Of a DNA stretch of 64,000 nucleotides, positions 1 to 9,503 are shown piece after piece (positions within the stretch are counted from its first letter, which is position 1; every line of letters starts with the position of its first letter). Origin of the DNA: Myxococcota bacterium. GTDB taxonomy: Bacteria > Myxococcota_A > UBA9160 > UBA4427. The DNA is taken from the NCBI GenBank assembly GCA_965250285.1, contig OZ252299.1:4576001-4640000 (forward strand), given 5' to 3'. The translations under genes were made by a program, and so were the position numbers. Below the pieces are notes generated by a model. The model did not search any database, was not told where the DNA came from, and saw only the letters and a program-made list of their open reading frames with translations.

Positions 1-1
1 G

Positions 2-1123
2 GTGAGGCGCGAGCACCGACGGCGCATTGCGCTGATGTCGATGCTGATGCTCGTGCTCGCCTTTTCGTTCTGGAGCGGCTCGCGGTATCCGGTTCTGAAC
101 GAGAAGGCCATCATGGGCGGTGAGACCGCCGCCGAAGACCCGCTCACCTTCATGGCCTACATCCAGAACCAGCGCGGCGACCCGCTGCCGAAGCGGATCG
201 TCGTCTCGGCGATCAACTGGGGCATGGAGAACCGCAAGGGCATGACGTTCGGCTTCTTGCTGGGCGCCGGCTTCCTCACGATCTTCAGCCTGCTCGATCG
301 ACGTGGCTCGCAGAACCCGTTCGTCAACTCGATCATCGGCGTCGTGAGCGGCGCGCCACTGGGGGTCTGCGTCAACTGCGCGGCCCCCATTGCGCGCGGG
401 CTCCATTCGTCGGGCGCCCGAATCGAGACGACCCTGGCGGCGATGTTCAGCTCGCCGACGCTCAACATCATCGTGGTGACGATGGTCTTCTCGGTGTTCC
501 CCACCTATCTGGTCGCGATCAAGCTCGGGCTCACCCTCTTCTTTCTGATCGTCGTCGTGCCCATCCTCTCGCGCACGGTCTTCAGCCACGAACGCATCGA
601 GACCTACGACGACGGTTCGTGCCCGATCGAGGTTCCGATCGTCGTCGGCGAAGAATCGTGGCCCGATGCGATTCGGGGCGCAGGCAAGCAGTACCTCGCG
701 AATCTGTGGTTCATCCTCAAGACGACGCTCCCCCTGATGGTCGCCGCCGGTTTTCTCGCAGCCACCGTCGTGCACATCGTGCCGCTCGAAGAAGTGGCCA
801 ACCTGCCGGTCTCGGTGCCGGCCGTGCTGGCCGTCGCCGCATTCGGTCTCTTCCTGCCGCTGCCGATCGCCCTCGACATCGTGATCGCCTCGACGCTGCT
901 CGCCGCGGGGGTCCCGATGATCTACGTCGGCACGCTGCTGTTCACCCTCGGCATCTACAGCATCTACTCGTTCTCGATCATCTGGACGACGATGTCGCCT
1001 CGCGTCGCGAGCACACTCGCGGTGGCGCTGCTCGCGCTCGGCGTTGCGGGCGGCGTGATCGCGAGTCAGGTGCACCAGCACGAGATGGACGTCATGCTCG
1101 AGACCCTGGACGAGTTCAATTGA
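2..1123 (+). CDS. DUF318/ArsP-like predicted permease (start may lie upstream of the window)
   Basis: Multi-TM protein with GAPLGVCVNCAAP and SSPTLN motifs and a duplicated two-half architecture typical of DUF318 permeases. Confidence 0.75.
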   Translation: MRREHRRRIALMSMLMLVLAFSFWSGSRYPVLNEKAIMGGETAAEDPLTFMAYIQNQRGDPLPKRIVVSAINWGMENRKGMTFGFLLGAGFLTIFSLLDRRGSQNPFVNSIIGVVSGAPLGVCVNCAAPIARGLHSSGARIETTLAAMFSSPTLNIIVVTMVFSVFPTYLVAIKLGLTLFFLIVVVPILSRTVFSHERIETYDDGSCPIEVPIVVGEESWPDAIRGAGKQYLANLWFILKTTLPLMVAAGFLAATVVHIVPLEEVANLPVSVPAVLAVAAFGLFLPLPIALDIVIASTLLAAGVPMIYVGTLLFTLGIYSIYSFSIIWTTMSPRVASTLAVALLALGVAGGVIASQVHQHEMDVMLETLDEFN

Positions 1124-3123
1124 TCCATCGCCTGACCCCGATCCTTCTCGGTCTCCTGATCCTCGCCGCGCCCGCTCGGGCCCAGGTGACGCCGCCGACG
1201 AACGCGGTGCTGACCGCGCGCGCCGAAGCGGCCAAGATCGATACGCCCGACGTGACCCTCGAGGCTGCGCCGCACCAGAAGCGGTCAGCGGCGGGCGAGC
1301 AGGCGTACACCCGGCGCCAGGGCAACGAGCTCGGGGTCGATCACATCGACCACATGACGCCGAACCACTTCTTCCCCCCGTTCTGGAACGGCCGAGGCCT
1401 GGGTGCCGGTGACGTCAACCGCGACGGCTACCAGGATCTGCTGGTCGCCACCGAGTTCGGCCCGCGCCTGTACATCAACCAGCAGGGCCTGATCTTCACT
1501 GAGCAGAAGATCGAGTACCCGGGCAAGGAAGATCACGCCGTGCACTCGGCGGCGCTCGTCGACGTCGACAACGACGGCTGGCTCGACGTCTTTTTCACGA
1601 CGTACGCGAACGGCAACCACTACATCCGCAGCGACGAGGGCCAGTTCCCAGCCGCGAACCTGGTCGCCGTCGCGGGCTCGCCGCACGTGCTGACGATGGC
1701 GCTGTCGTTCGGCGACATCGACGAAGACGGCGATCTCGACGCGATTCTCGGCAACTGGTTCTTCGGCTACGCGAAGCAGGAGCCCGCGGCCGAGGCGGCG
1801 AACCGCCTGCTCTTCAACGAGGGCGGGCACTTTCGCGTGCAGACGCTCGACGAGATCCCGGGCGATACCTTGAGCGTGCTGCTCACCGATTTGAACCTCG
1901 ACGATCACCTCGACCTGATCGTCGGCAACGACTTCAAGCCGCCGGACTACTTCTACTACGGCGACGGCCAGGGCGGCTTCGAGATGATCCGGCGCAGCGA
2001 CGGCATCATCCCCGCCAGCACCGATACGACCATGAGCGTCGACACCGGCGACTTCGACAACGACCTGCGCCCCGACATCTACATCGTTCAGATCGCTTCA
2101 GCGGGTACGGGCGAAGCGGCTCGCGTGAAGCGTCAGCCCTTTCGTGAGTACTGCCAGGATCTGAACCGCGAGGCCGATCGCCGGCGCTGTGAAGAGAGCG
2201 TCGCGCAGTCGTACTACTTCGAGTACGGCTCACAGCATCAGCCGAGCAACATCACCAAGTGCAAGCAGATCCCCGACCCGAAGACGCGCAGCCAGTGCGC
2301 GGCCCTGATGGTGCTCCTGACCGCCGTTCAGTCGAACGAGCCGTCGCTGTGTGACCGCATGCCGAAGGGCCAGGAAGAAGCGGCCTTCATCTGCCGCAAC
2401 TACTTCAAGCCGTCGGTGAAGGGCACCGATGCACAGTACGCCGAGACGGTCGAGATCTTGATGAACCAGAACCTGCTGCTGCACGGGCAGGCCGACGGCA
2501 CCTACGAGAACGTCGGCGAGGCGCTCGGCGTCGCCGTGACCGCCTGGGGCTGGAACGCGCGCTTCTTCGACTTCGACAACGACGAGTGGCAGGATCTCTA
2601 CGTCGTCAACGGCACGTGGATGACCGACCGGGGCACGCCACAGAAGTTCGCCTTCCGCAACATCGAGGGGAAGCGCTTCGAAGACGTGACCGACGAATCG
2701 GGTTTGCAGAACTACCAGCTGCAGAACAGCTACGTCACGGTCGACGTCGACAACGACGGCGACCTCGATCTCTTCGTCGAGACGGCGCACGGACCGGTCT
2801 GGTTCTACAAGAACAACGAGGTCGATCGACACGCCGTGACGTTCGAGCTGCGAGACGAGCAGGCGAACCGGTACTGCATCGGCTGCAAGGTGCGCATCCG
2901 CTACGGCGACGGCGCGAGCCGCGCTCAGCTGCGCGAGATCAAGGCCGGCGGCGGGTTCCTCTCGTTCGATCCCAGCGTCGCGCACTTCGGGCTCGGTGCG
3001 AACGATGCAGTTCGTGACATCGAGGTGACATGGTCCACCGGCGAGAAGACACGCATTGAGGGTCCGCTCCCGGCCGACGCGCGCTATACGATCACGCGTG
3101 GGGCCGCGCCCGACGCGCGCTAG
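1120..3123 (+). CDS. CRTAC1-family secreted protein (FG-GAP/VCBS repeats plus C-terminal ASPIC/UnbV domain)
   Basis: TTG start overlaps the upstream stop (TTGA); signal peptide LIHRLTPILLGLLILAAPARA; repeated DxDxDGxxDL motifs; C-terminal GGGFLSFD...HFGLG...IEVTW. Confidence 0.85.
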   Translation: MIHRLTPILLGLLILAAPARAQVTPPTNAVLTARAEAAKIDTPDVTLEAAPHQKRSAAGEQAYTRRQGNELGVDHIDHMTPNHFFPPFWNGRGLGAGDVNRDGYQDLLVATEFGPRLYINQQGLIFTEQKIEYPGKEDHAVHSAALVDVDNDGWLDVFFTTYANGNHYIRSDEGQFPAANLVAVAGSPHVLTMALSFGDIDEDGDLDAILGNWFFGYAKQEPAAEAANRLLFNEGGHFRVQTLDEIPGDTLSVLLTDLNLDDHLDLIVGNDFKPPDYFYYGDGQGGFEMIRRSDGIIPASTDTTMSVDTGDFDNDLRPDIYIVQIASAGTGEAARVKRQPFREYCQDLNREADRRRCEESVAQSYYFEYGSQHQPSNITKCKQIPDPKTRSQCAALMVLLTAVQSNEPSLCDRMPKGQEEAAFICRNYFKPSVKGTDAQYAETVEILMNQNLLLHGQADGTYENVGEALGVAVTAWGWNARFFDFDNDEWQDLYVVNGTWMTDRGTPQKFAFRNIEGKRFEDVTDESGLQNYQLQNSYVTVDVDNDGDLDLFVETAHGPVWFYKNNEVDRHAVTFELRDEQANRYCIGCKVRIRYGDGASRAQLREIKAGGGFLSFDPSVAHFGLGANDAVRDIEVTWSTGEKTRIEGPLPADARYTITRGAAPDAR

Positions 3124-3178
3124 TCGAGACGGCCTCGCTCGACCGAACGCGCCACCGCCCGCCCGAGAGGCCCGCCCC

Positions 3179-3940
3179 ATGAACACCCTGCAGGCCCTGC
3201 CCTCGTTTCCTGGCGCCGTCGGCGTCTCGCATCTGCGGGTCTACGACAGCCGGGCCCCCGATGGGCTCCGAGGCGGCACCCCGCACGTGCACTCGGTGTG
3301 CACCGAGGCCTACTACGTGATCGCGGGCCGAGGCACCGTGCAGACGATCGATGGAGATGGCTACCGCGAGACGCCGCTCACACCGGGCGCGTTCGTCTGG
3401 TTCACGCCGGGCACGATCCATCGGTTGGTCAACGAGGATGGCGCGCTCGAGATCCTCGTGGTGATGGCCAACGCGGGGCTGCCCGAGGCTGGCGACATGA
3501 TCATCACCTTCGAGCCCGACGTGCTCGACGATCCCGAAGCCTACGCGCGAGCCCATACCCTGCCCGAAGGCGAGCAGACGACGTGCGGCAGCGGCGAGGC
3601 CGCGCGCGTGCGACGCGACGCCGGTGTGCGCGGCTTCGGCGCCTTGCGCGACGCGTGCCTGCGCGGCGACGACACGCTGCTCGCCCGCTTCCATGCGCAG
3701 GCGGCTCGCTTGCTCGCGCCCCGGGCCGATGCCTGGCGGGCGATCTACGAGCACGGGCCACTTGCGGCCGTCGAGCAGACGGCGTTGCAGATCGAGTCGG
3801 TCGCCCGCGGCGATGGCACGCACCTCGGCGACGCCTCGCTGCATCAGCTGGCACCGCCGACGGGCGAGCGGCGCATGGGCTGCTGCGGGACACTCGGTGT
3901 GTACGTGGCCGAAGCGGCGGCCCACGAAACGGCCCGATGA
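3179..3940 (+). CDS. Cupin-domain protein
   Basis: PHVHxxxxEAYYV and PGTIHRL cupin metal-binding motifs. Confidence 0.8.
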   Translation: MNTLQALPSFPGAVGVSHLRVYDSRAPDGLRGGTPHVHSVCTEAYYVIAGRGTVQTIDGDGYRETPLTPGAFVWFTPGTIHRLVNEDGALEILVVMANAGLPEAGDMIITFEPDVLDDPEAYARAHTLPEGEQTTCGSGEAARVRRDAGVRGFGALRDACLRGDDTLLARFHAQAARLLAPRADAWRAIYEHGPLAAVEQTALQIESVARGDGTHLGDASLHQLAPPTGERRMGCCGTLGVYVAEAAAHETAR

Positions 3941-3956
3941 CGCACCGGAGCCCATC

Positions 3957-4985
3957 ATGAGCACGCTGCGCTTCGCGGCGATCGGTCTCGATCACCCTCA
4001 CATCTTCGGACAGGTCTCGGCGCTGCTCGCCGCCGGCGGCGAGCTGGTCGCATTCCACGCGAGCCTGCCCGACCAGGTCGCGGGGTTCGCTCGCGCGTTC
4101 CGCAACGCACGTCAAGCCGAGAGCGAGCAGGAGATTCTCGACGACGAGTCGATCCAGGTCGTGACATCGGCCGCGATCCCCGGCGACCGCGCCGCCCTGG
4201 CCCTGCGCGCGATGCGGCACGGCAAGGACGTGCTGATGGACAAGCCCGGCGCGACGACCCTCGACCAGGTGGCCGAGCTGCGGCGCGTGCAGGCCGAGAC
4301 CGGTCGCATCTTCAGCGTCTTCTTCTCGGAGCGCCACGAGAACCGCGCCACGGTCAAGGCGTGCGAGCTGGTGCGGGGCGGCGCCATTGGCGACGTGGTG
4401 CAGATCGTCGGGCTCGGCCCGCACCGCGCCAACCTGCCCGCGAGACCGCCCTGGTTTCTCGAGCGCGAGCGCTATGGCGGCATCCTCTGCGACATCGCGT
4501 CGCATCAAGTCGACCAGTTCTTGTGGCTCGCTCAGGCCGACGACGCCGAGATCACGCACTCGCTCGTCGCCAACTACAAGCACCCCGAGCACCCCGGCCT
4601 CGAGGACTACGGCGAGATCCATCTGAGGGCCGGACACGTACACGGCCTGGCGCGCGTCGACTGGTACACGCCCGACGGGCTGCCGACCTGGGGCGACGGT
4701 CGGCTCTTCGTGCTCGGCACCGAGGGCTACGTCGAAGCGCGCAAGTACTGCGACGTCGGCGGTCGCACGGGCGAGAACCACCTGATCCACGTCGATGGCC
4801 GCGAAACGCGGCGCCTCGACTGCTCGCAGGTCGCCCTGCCCTTTGCCCCGCGCTTCGTCGCCGACGTGCGGGACCGCACCGAGACAGCGATGCCGCAGGC
4901 GCATACGTTCCGGGTGTGCGAGATCGCGATCGAGGCCGAAGCGAAAGCCGAGCGCCTCGGTCATCTGACGGGGGACGCGTCGTGA
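3957..4985 (+). CDS. Gfo/Idh/MocA-family oxidoreductase
   Basis: N-terminal Rossmann segment FAAIGLDHPH, GKDVLMDKP, GGILCDIASH. Confidence 0.9.
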   Translation: MSTLRFAAIGLDHPHIFGQVSALLAAGGELVAFHASLPDQVAGFARAFRNARQAESEQEILDDESIQVVTSAAIPGDRAALALRAMRHGKDVLMDKPGATTLDQVAELRRVQAETGRIFSVFFSERHENRATVKACELVRGGAIGDVVQIVGLGPHRANLPARPPWFLERERYGGILCDIASHQVDQFLWLAQADDAEITHSLVANYKHPEHPGLEDYGEIHLRAGHVHGLARVDWYTPDGLPTWGDGRLFVLGTEGYVEARKYCDVGGRTGENHLIHVDGRETRRLDCSQVALPFAPRFVADVRDRTETAMPQAHTFRVCEIAIEAEAKAERLGHLTGDAS

Positions 4986-6049
4986 GCCGCAAGCTGCGCG
5001 TCGCCGTGGTCGGCCTCGGCGTCGGCTTTCAGCATCTCTCGGCGTATCGCACGCTGCCCGACCTCTACGAGCTGGCCGCTGTCTGCGACCCGGTCGAGTC
5101 GAAGCGCGATCTCGCGGTGAACGTGCTTGGCGTCGAACAGGGCTTCGACGACTTCGAGGCGCTGCTGGCGATGGACGATCTCGACGTCGTCGACATCTGC
5201 ACGCCGCCCGACCTCCACCGGCCCATGGTCGAGGCCGCCCTCGCACGCGGCCTCGACGTCATCTGTGAGAAGCCCCTCGCCGGCTCGCTCGCCGACGTCG
5301 ACGCGATCGCGGCGTGTGAGCGAGAGAGTCGCGGCCGCCTGATGCCGATCTTCCAGTACCGCTTCGGTCGGGGCATCGAGCGCATGCGGCGGCTGATCGC
5401 ATCGGATGTGGTCGGCAAGCCGTACGTCGCCAGCGTCGAGACCTACTGGCGACGCGATGCGAGTTACTACGCCGTCGAGTGGCGCGGCCGCTTCGACACC
5501 GAGCTCGGCGGTGTCTGTGTTTCACACGCGATCCACTCACACGACCTGATCATGAGCCTGCTCGGCCCGGTGCGCCGCGTCTTCGCCCATGTCGATACGC
5601 GGGTGAACGACATCGAGACCGAAGACTGCGCGGTCGCCACGCTGCAGTTCGAGAACGGCGCGCTCGCGACCTTGAGCGCCACGCTCGGCTCGGCACGCGA
5701 GTTCTCGCGGCTGCGCCTCGCGTTCGAGCATCTCTCGGCCGAGTCGTCGACGCGCCCCTACCAGCCGGGCAGCGAGCCGTGGACGTTCGAGCCCGGCACC
5801 GAGGCCGATGGGGCGGCGATCGACAGCGCCCTCGACGGCTTCGAGCCCGGCCCCGAGCTGTATGCCGGTCAGTTCACGGCGTTTCACCGGGCGATCACCG
5901 AAGGCGCCACGCCACCCGTCACCGTCGCCGACGCGCGCGCCGCCATCGAGCTGGTCACGGCGATCTATCACGCATCGCGCAGCGGGCAGCCGGTCGACCT
6001 GCCGATCGACGCGTCGCATCCGCTCTACGCCGGGTGGATCCCGGGCTAG
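4982..6049 (+). CDS. Gfo/Idh/MocA-family oxidoreductase
   Basis: VAVVGLG, ICTPPDLH, VICEKP motifs; GTGA overlap with the upstream gene. Confidence 0.9.
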   Translation: MSRKLRVAVVGLGVGFQHLSAYRTLPDLYELAAVCDPVESKRDLAVNVLGVEQGFDDFEALLAMDDLDVVDICTPPDLHRPMVEAALARGLDVICEKPLAGSLADVDAIAACERESRGRLMPIFQYRFGRGIERMRRLIASDVVGKPYVASVETYWRRDASYYAVEWRGRFDTELGGVCVSHAIHSHDLIMSLLGPVRRVFAHVDTRVNDIETEDCAVATLQFENGALATLSATLGSAREFSRLRLAFEHLSAESSTRPYQPGSEPWTFEPGTEADGAAIDSALDGFEPGPELYAGQFTAFHRAITEGATPPVTVADARAAIELVTAIYHASRSGQPVDLPIDASHPLYAGWIPG

Positions 6050-7407
6050 TCGGTCGCGGCCGACCCAGCCCGCTTCGGCAGCTCGACGATCAGCACGCTC
6101 CCGCCGCTGTCTCGCGCTTCACAGCGCGCGCGGCCGCCATGATGCGCCGCAATCTCGGCCACGAGCGCGAGCCCCAGGCCCACGCCGCCATGCTCCGTCT
6201 CGGAATGATCGACCCTGCGAAAGAACGGCTCGAAGATGCGTTCGCGATCCTCGGGCGGTACGCCGGGGCCGGCATCGGTGACGCACAGCCGGACCATCCC
6301 CGAAGCGTCGTCGCACACCACGTCGACCTCGATCGGTGGGGCGCCGTGCCGGTCGGCGTTCTCGAGCAGATTGCGAATCAGCCGTCTCAGCATACGCGGG
6401 TCGCCCGCGACCTCGGCCGGTCCACCGGTGACGCGCGCCGCGACGCGCTCGGCTTCGTCGCGGGCGAGTGCGGTCAGATCGACGGGGGCCGATGCATCGC
6501 CGCCGGCCGGCCCCGAATCGAGGCGCGCCGCGAGGAGCAGATCGTCGATCAGCGCGTCGAGCTCGGCGATGTCGCGCTCGGCCTCGGCCAGCAGATCGGG
6601 GCGGCCGGTCGCGAGCAGCTCGACCGCCGCGCGCAGCCGACCGAGCGGTGAACGAAGCTCGTGCGATGCGCTCGCGAGCATGCGGCTCTGCGACTCGACG
6701 GCGTGCTGAATCTTCTCGGCCGCCTGGTTGAAGGCGCGCGCCACGTCGGCGACCTCGTTGCGCCCCTCGACCTCGACGCGCGTCGAGAGATCGCCCTCGC
6801 CGAGCTCCGACACACCCGTGCGCAGCCGTTCGAGGCCGCGCGTGATGCGGCGCGACACCGGGTAGGCCGCCACCGCGATCGCAGCGGCGAAGAGCAGCAT
6901 GAAGAGCCAAGGCTGTAGGGCCGGCGGACGCCGCGGGCCCCTCGACACCAGCTCGAGGAGCCCGCCGCCTGGCAGATCGATCGCGACGCGGGCGAGCGGG
7001 GGCGGCCGGCGATGCCCGCCGGCCCAAGGCGGACCGCGGTGATCGGCCGGCGACGCGTCTTCGCGCATGGGCCCTGCGCCGTCGTCCGGCACGCTCGCTT
7101 CGGTGGCTTCGGCGCGTCGACGGGCGCCCCGACCCGCCGTGGCCACCACGTCGCCCCGCGCGTTCCAGAGCACGGCCGTCACCCGGTGCGTCCGCGCGAG
7201 CGCGCGCAGCGCCTCGCGCGTGGCCTCGGGCTCGCCGCTCGGCGGCAACGCTTCGATGATCTCGACGCCCACCTCGCGCAGGCGCAGCTCTTCGGCCTCG
7301 AGCCGGCCCTGGAAGTACCAGACGCCGAACGCGCCGACGCCGAGCATCGCGACGAGGGCCGAAGCGATCACGCTCAGGTAGATCTCGACGTAGATCCGCC
7401 GCATCAC
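6046..7407 (-). CDS. HAMP-domain sensor histidine kinase (CpxA/RstB-like)
   Basis: Two TM segments, HAMP domain, SHELRSPL H-box, NLLENA N-box, DAGPG and GVGLGL G-boxes. Confidence 0.92.
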   Translation of the reverse strand: MMRRIYVEIYLSVIASALVAMLGVGAFGVWYFQGRLEAEELRLREVGVEIIEALPPSGEPEATREALRALARTHRVTAVLWNARGDVVATAGRGARRRAEATEASVPDDGAGPMREDASPADHRGPPWAGGHRRPPPLARVAIDLPGGGLLELVSRGPRRPPALQPWLFMLLFAAAIAVAAYPVSRRITRGLERLRTGVSELGEGDLSTRVEVEGRNEVADVARAFNQAAEKIQHAVESQSRMLASASHELRSPLGRLRAAVELLATGRPDLLAEAERDIAELDALIDDLLLAARLDSGPAGGDASAPVDLTALARDEAERVAARVTGGPAEVAGDPRMLRRLIRNLLENADRHGAPPIEVDVVCDDASGMVRLCVTDAGPGVPPEDRERIFEPFFRRVDHSETEHGGVGLGLALVAEIAAHHGGRARCEARDSGGSVLIVELPKRAGSAATD

Positions 7408-8129
7408 GACGACGTCGTCTCGCTCGCGCTCGCGTCATCGGCGGCGACGAACCGGTAGCCCACCCCGCGCACCGTCAGAATGCGACGGGGATGGCGCGGG
7501 TCGTCTTCGATCACCGCACGAATGCGAGAGATGTGCACGTCGATGCTGCGATCGAACGCGCCGTGAACCTCACCGCTCGTGGCCTCCATCAGCGCATCGC
7601 GCGAGACCACTCGCCCCGCGCGCTCGGCGAGCAGCAGCAGCAGATCGAACTGGCGCGTCGTGAGATCGCACGCCGCCCCGTCGAGCCGCGCCGCCCGGGC
7701 ACCGCGGTCGAGCTCGAGACGCCCGAAGCGCAACACGTCGGCGGCACGCGTCGGGCTGCCGACCGAACGCGGCCGACGCAGCACGGCGCGAATTCGAGCG
7801 AGCAGCTCGCGCAAGGAGAAGGGCTTCGGCAGGTAGTCGTCGGCACCGAGCTCGAGACCGACCACACGATCGGTCTCGTCGCCTCGGGCCGTCAGCATGA
7901 TGATGGGGACGTCGCTCTCGGCGCGAATCTGCCGACAGAGATCGAAGCCATCGGCGTCGGGCAGCATGACGTCGAGCAGCACGGCGTCGAAGTCGTCGCG
8001 TTCGAGCGCTGCGAGCCCGGCCTCACCGCGCTCGTAGTGATCGAGCGCAAAGCCGTGCTCGCCGAGATAGTCACGGACCATCCCGGCGAGCCGACTGTCG
8101 TCTTCGATCATCAAGAGCCGTGCGCTCAT
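7404..8129 (-). CDS. OmpR-family response regulator (CpxR-like)
   Basis: IEDD...LLDVMLP...GADDYLPKPF receiver; DRSIDVHISRIR...TVRGVGY winged helix. Confidence 0.93.
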   Translation of the reverse strand: MSARLLMIEDDSRLAGMVRDYLGEHGFALDHYERGEAGLAALERDDFDAVLLDVMLPDADGFDLCRQIRAESDVPIIMLTARGDETDRVVGLELGADDYLPKPFSLRELLARIRAVLRRPRSVGSPTRAADVLRFGRLELDRGARAARLDGAACDLTTRQFDLLLLLAERAGRVVSRDALMEATSGEVHGAFDRSIDVHISRIRAVIEDDPRHPRRILTVRGVGYRFVAADDASASETTSS

Positions 8130-8176
8130 CTCGCCTCGTCTCGGGCGCATCTCGCGCCGGCCTCGACGTCGTTTCG

Positions 8177-8674
8177 CTACTCGTCCGGCGTGTGACCGCC
8201 TCGCCGACCATGCCGTTCGAGACGCTCGCTCATCGCCGACGCGATCGCGACTCGCTGCTCCTGGCTCAGCAGGCTCGCCGACTCGACGAGCGCATCGAGC
8301 ATGACCGCCTTCGACGCGGCCCTCACCTGCTCGTGCTCGAAGCGCAGCGCGTTGATCGCCGTCGCGTCGACCGTCTCGGCGGTGAGCAGCTCGAGCATCT
8401 GCTCGCGGAAGCCGCGGCGCGAGTACCCGTCGCGCAGCGCCTCGGCTTCGGCCTGGGCTTCATCGATGATCGCAACGATCTGCACGCGCTGTTCGTCGGT
8501 GGCCTCGGCCTGATCGAGCGCCTTGTTCAGCATGAACTCGCGAAACTCGGCCGAGCCATGGCGCCCGTGGCGCGGGCCCATGGCGAAGGCGCCGTACGTC
8601 GCGAAGACCAGAAGGGTGACGACACTGCCGGCCGCGATCCAGCGGCGCGAAGATCGATTCGGGGTTCGGGGCAT
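8177..8674 (-). CDS. Spy/CpxP-like periplasmic accessory protein
   Basis: Signal sequence, helical body with ATDEQR and LSQEQR (LTxxQ-like) motifs; directly upstream of the RR/HK pair. Confidence 0.75.
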   Translation of the reverse strand: MPRTPNRSSRRWIAAGSVVTLLVFATYGAFAMGPRHGRHGSAEFREFMLNKALDQAEATDEQRVQIVAIIDEAQAEAEALRDGYSRRGFREQMLELLTAETVDATAINALRFEHEQVRAASKAVMLDALVESASLLSQEQRVAIASAMSERLERHGRRGGHTPDE

Positions 8675-8799
8675 GGTGGACTCTCCTCTTCTCTCATTCT
8701 CTCGGGCCGCGAGGCCCGTGCTCGGGGCGCGTCGATCGGGCCTTCCCGATCGTCGAGTCGAAGAGTCGTCCCCTCCCCTTGCTCGCGTTTCTCTCGAAC

Positions 8800-8814
8800 G
8801 TAAAGAAGTGTAAA
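8800..8814. promoter_or_regulatory. CpxR-type direct-repeat box GTAAA-N5-GTAAA
   Basis: GTAAAgaagtGTAAA, an exact match to the CpxR consensus, about 126 bp upstream of the cpxP-like start. Confidence 0.7.
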
Positions 8815-8839
8815 GACGCGATGCCCGGCGGGGCCGGGG

Positions 8840-9370
8840 TCAGTTGCGGTCGACGAGGACCCGCCCCGATCGCGCGAAGGACACCCCGTGCGTCCCGATC
8901 TTGCCGATCATGATCGCCTCGAGCATCGGCTCGTGCACCGAACGCTCGGCGACCCACTCGACCAGAAAGTTGGCGCCGACGCCGCCCTCGACGTCGCGCG
9001 TCGCGACCACGAACGAGGTGCTCTCGAGCGGGCCGAGGCTGAGGGGGCGCTCGAGGTAGGCCTGGACCAGCTCACCGGCGCTGTCGAAGTAGTCGACGCG
9101 ATTGATCGTGATCGAGAAGGCGGGGTCGGTGTTGCGGACGCTCAGGGTCGCTTCGAGCGAGTAGGGCTGACCGCCGAGATGGTAGACGTGGCTGTAGATC
9201 GGGACGTAGACGAGCTGCCCGGCCGCGGCGCGGTCGAGGGGCACGCGGTCGGCCTCAGCGACGTTGGGGGTCGGGGGCGCGTAGTCGCGCGTCACCGGCG
9301 GCCGCGGCCGGTCGTCCGAGCAGGCGAGCATTCCCAGCGTGGCGATCACGAGCAAGATTCGAACGGCCAT
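8840..9370 (-). CDS. DUF3124-family lipoprotein
   Basis: Lipobox MLAC; VYVPIYSHVY, TLSVRNTD, GGVGANFLVEW motifs. Confidence 0.85.
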   Translation of the reverse strand: MAVRILLVIATLGMLACSDDRPRPPVTRDYAPPTPNVAEADRVPLDRAAAGQLVYVPIYSHVYHLGGQPYSLEATLSVRNTDPAFSITINRVDYFDSAGELVQAYLERPLSLGPLESTSFVVATRDVEGGVGANFLVEWVAERSVHEPMLEAIMIGKIGTHGVSFARSGRVLVDRN

Positions 9371-9464
9371 CCACCGACCTCCCAGCCTCGGAGGGTATCC
9401 CACGGGACGCCCCGACCGCGCGGGTGGCCCCGCGATCGTGTCCCGGCGCCCGGCACCCGCCGTC

Positions 9465-9470
9465 TATAAT
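9465..9470 (+). promoter_or_regulatory. Candidate sigma70 -10 element
   Basis: Perfect TATAAT in GC-rich DNA, 33 bp upstream of the ATG at 9504. Confidence 0.5.
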
Positions 9471-9503
9471 ACGGCTCCACCCGACACGGAGAGAAGCCGA
9501 GCC

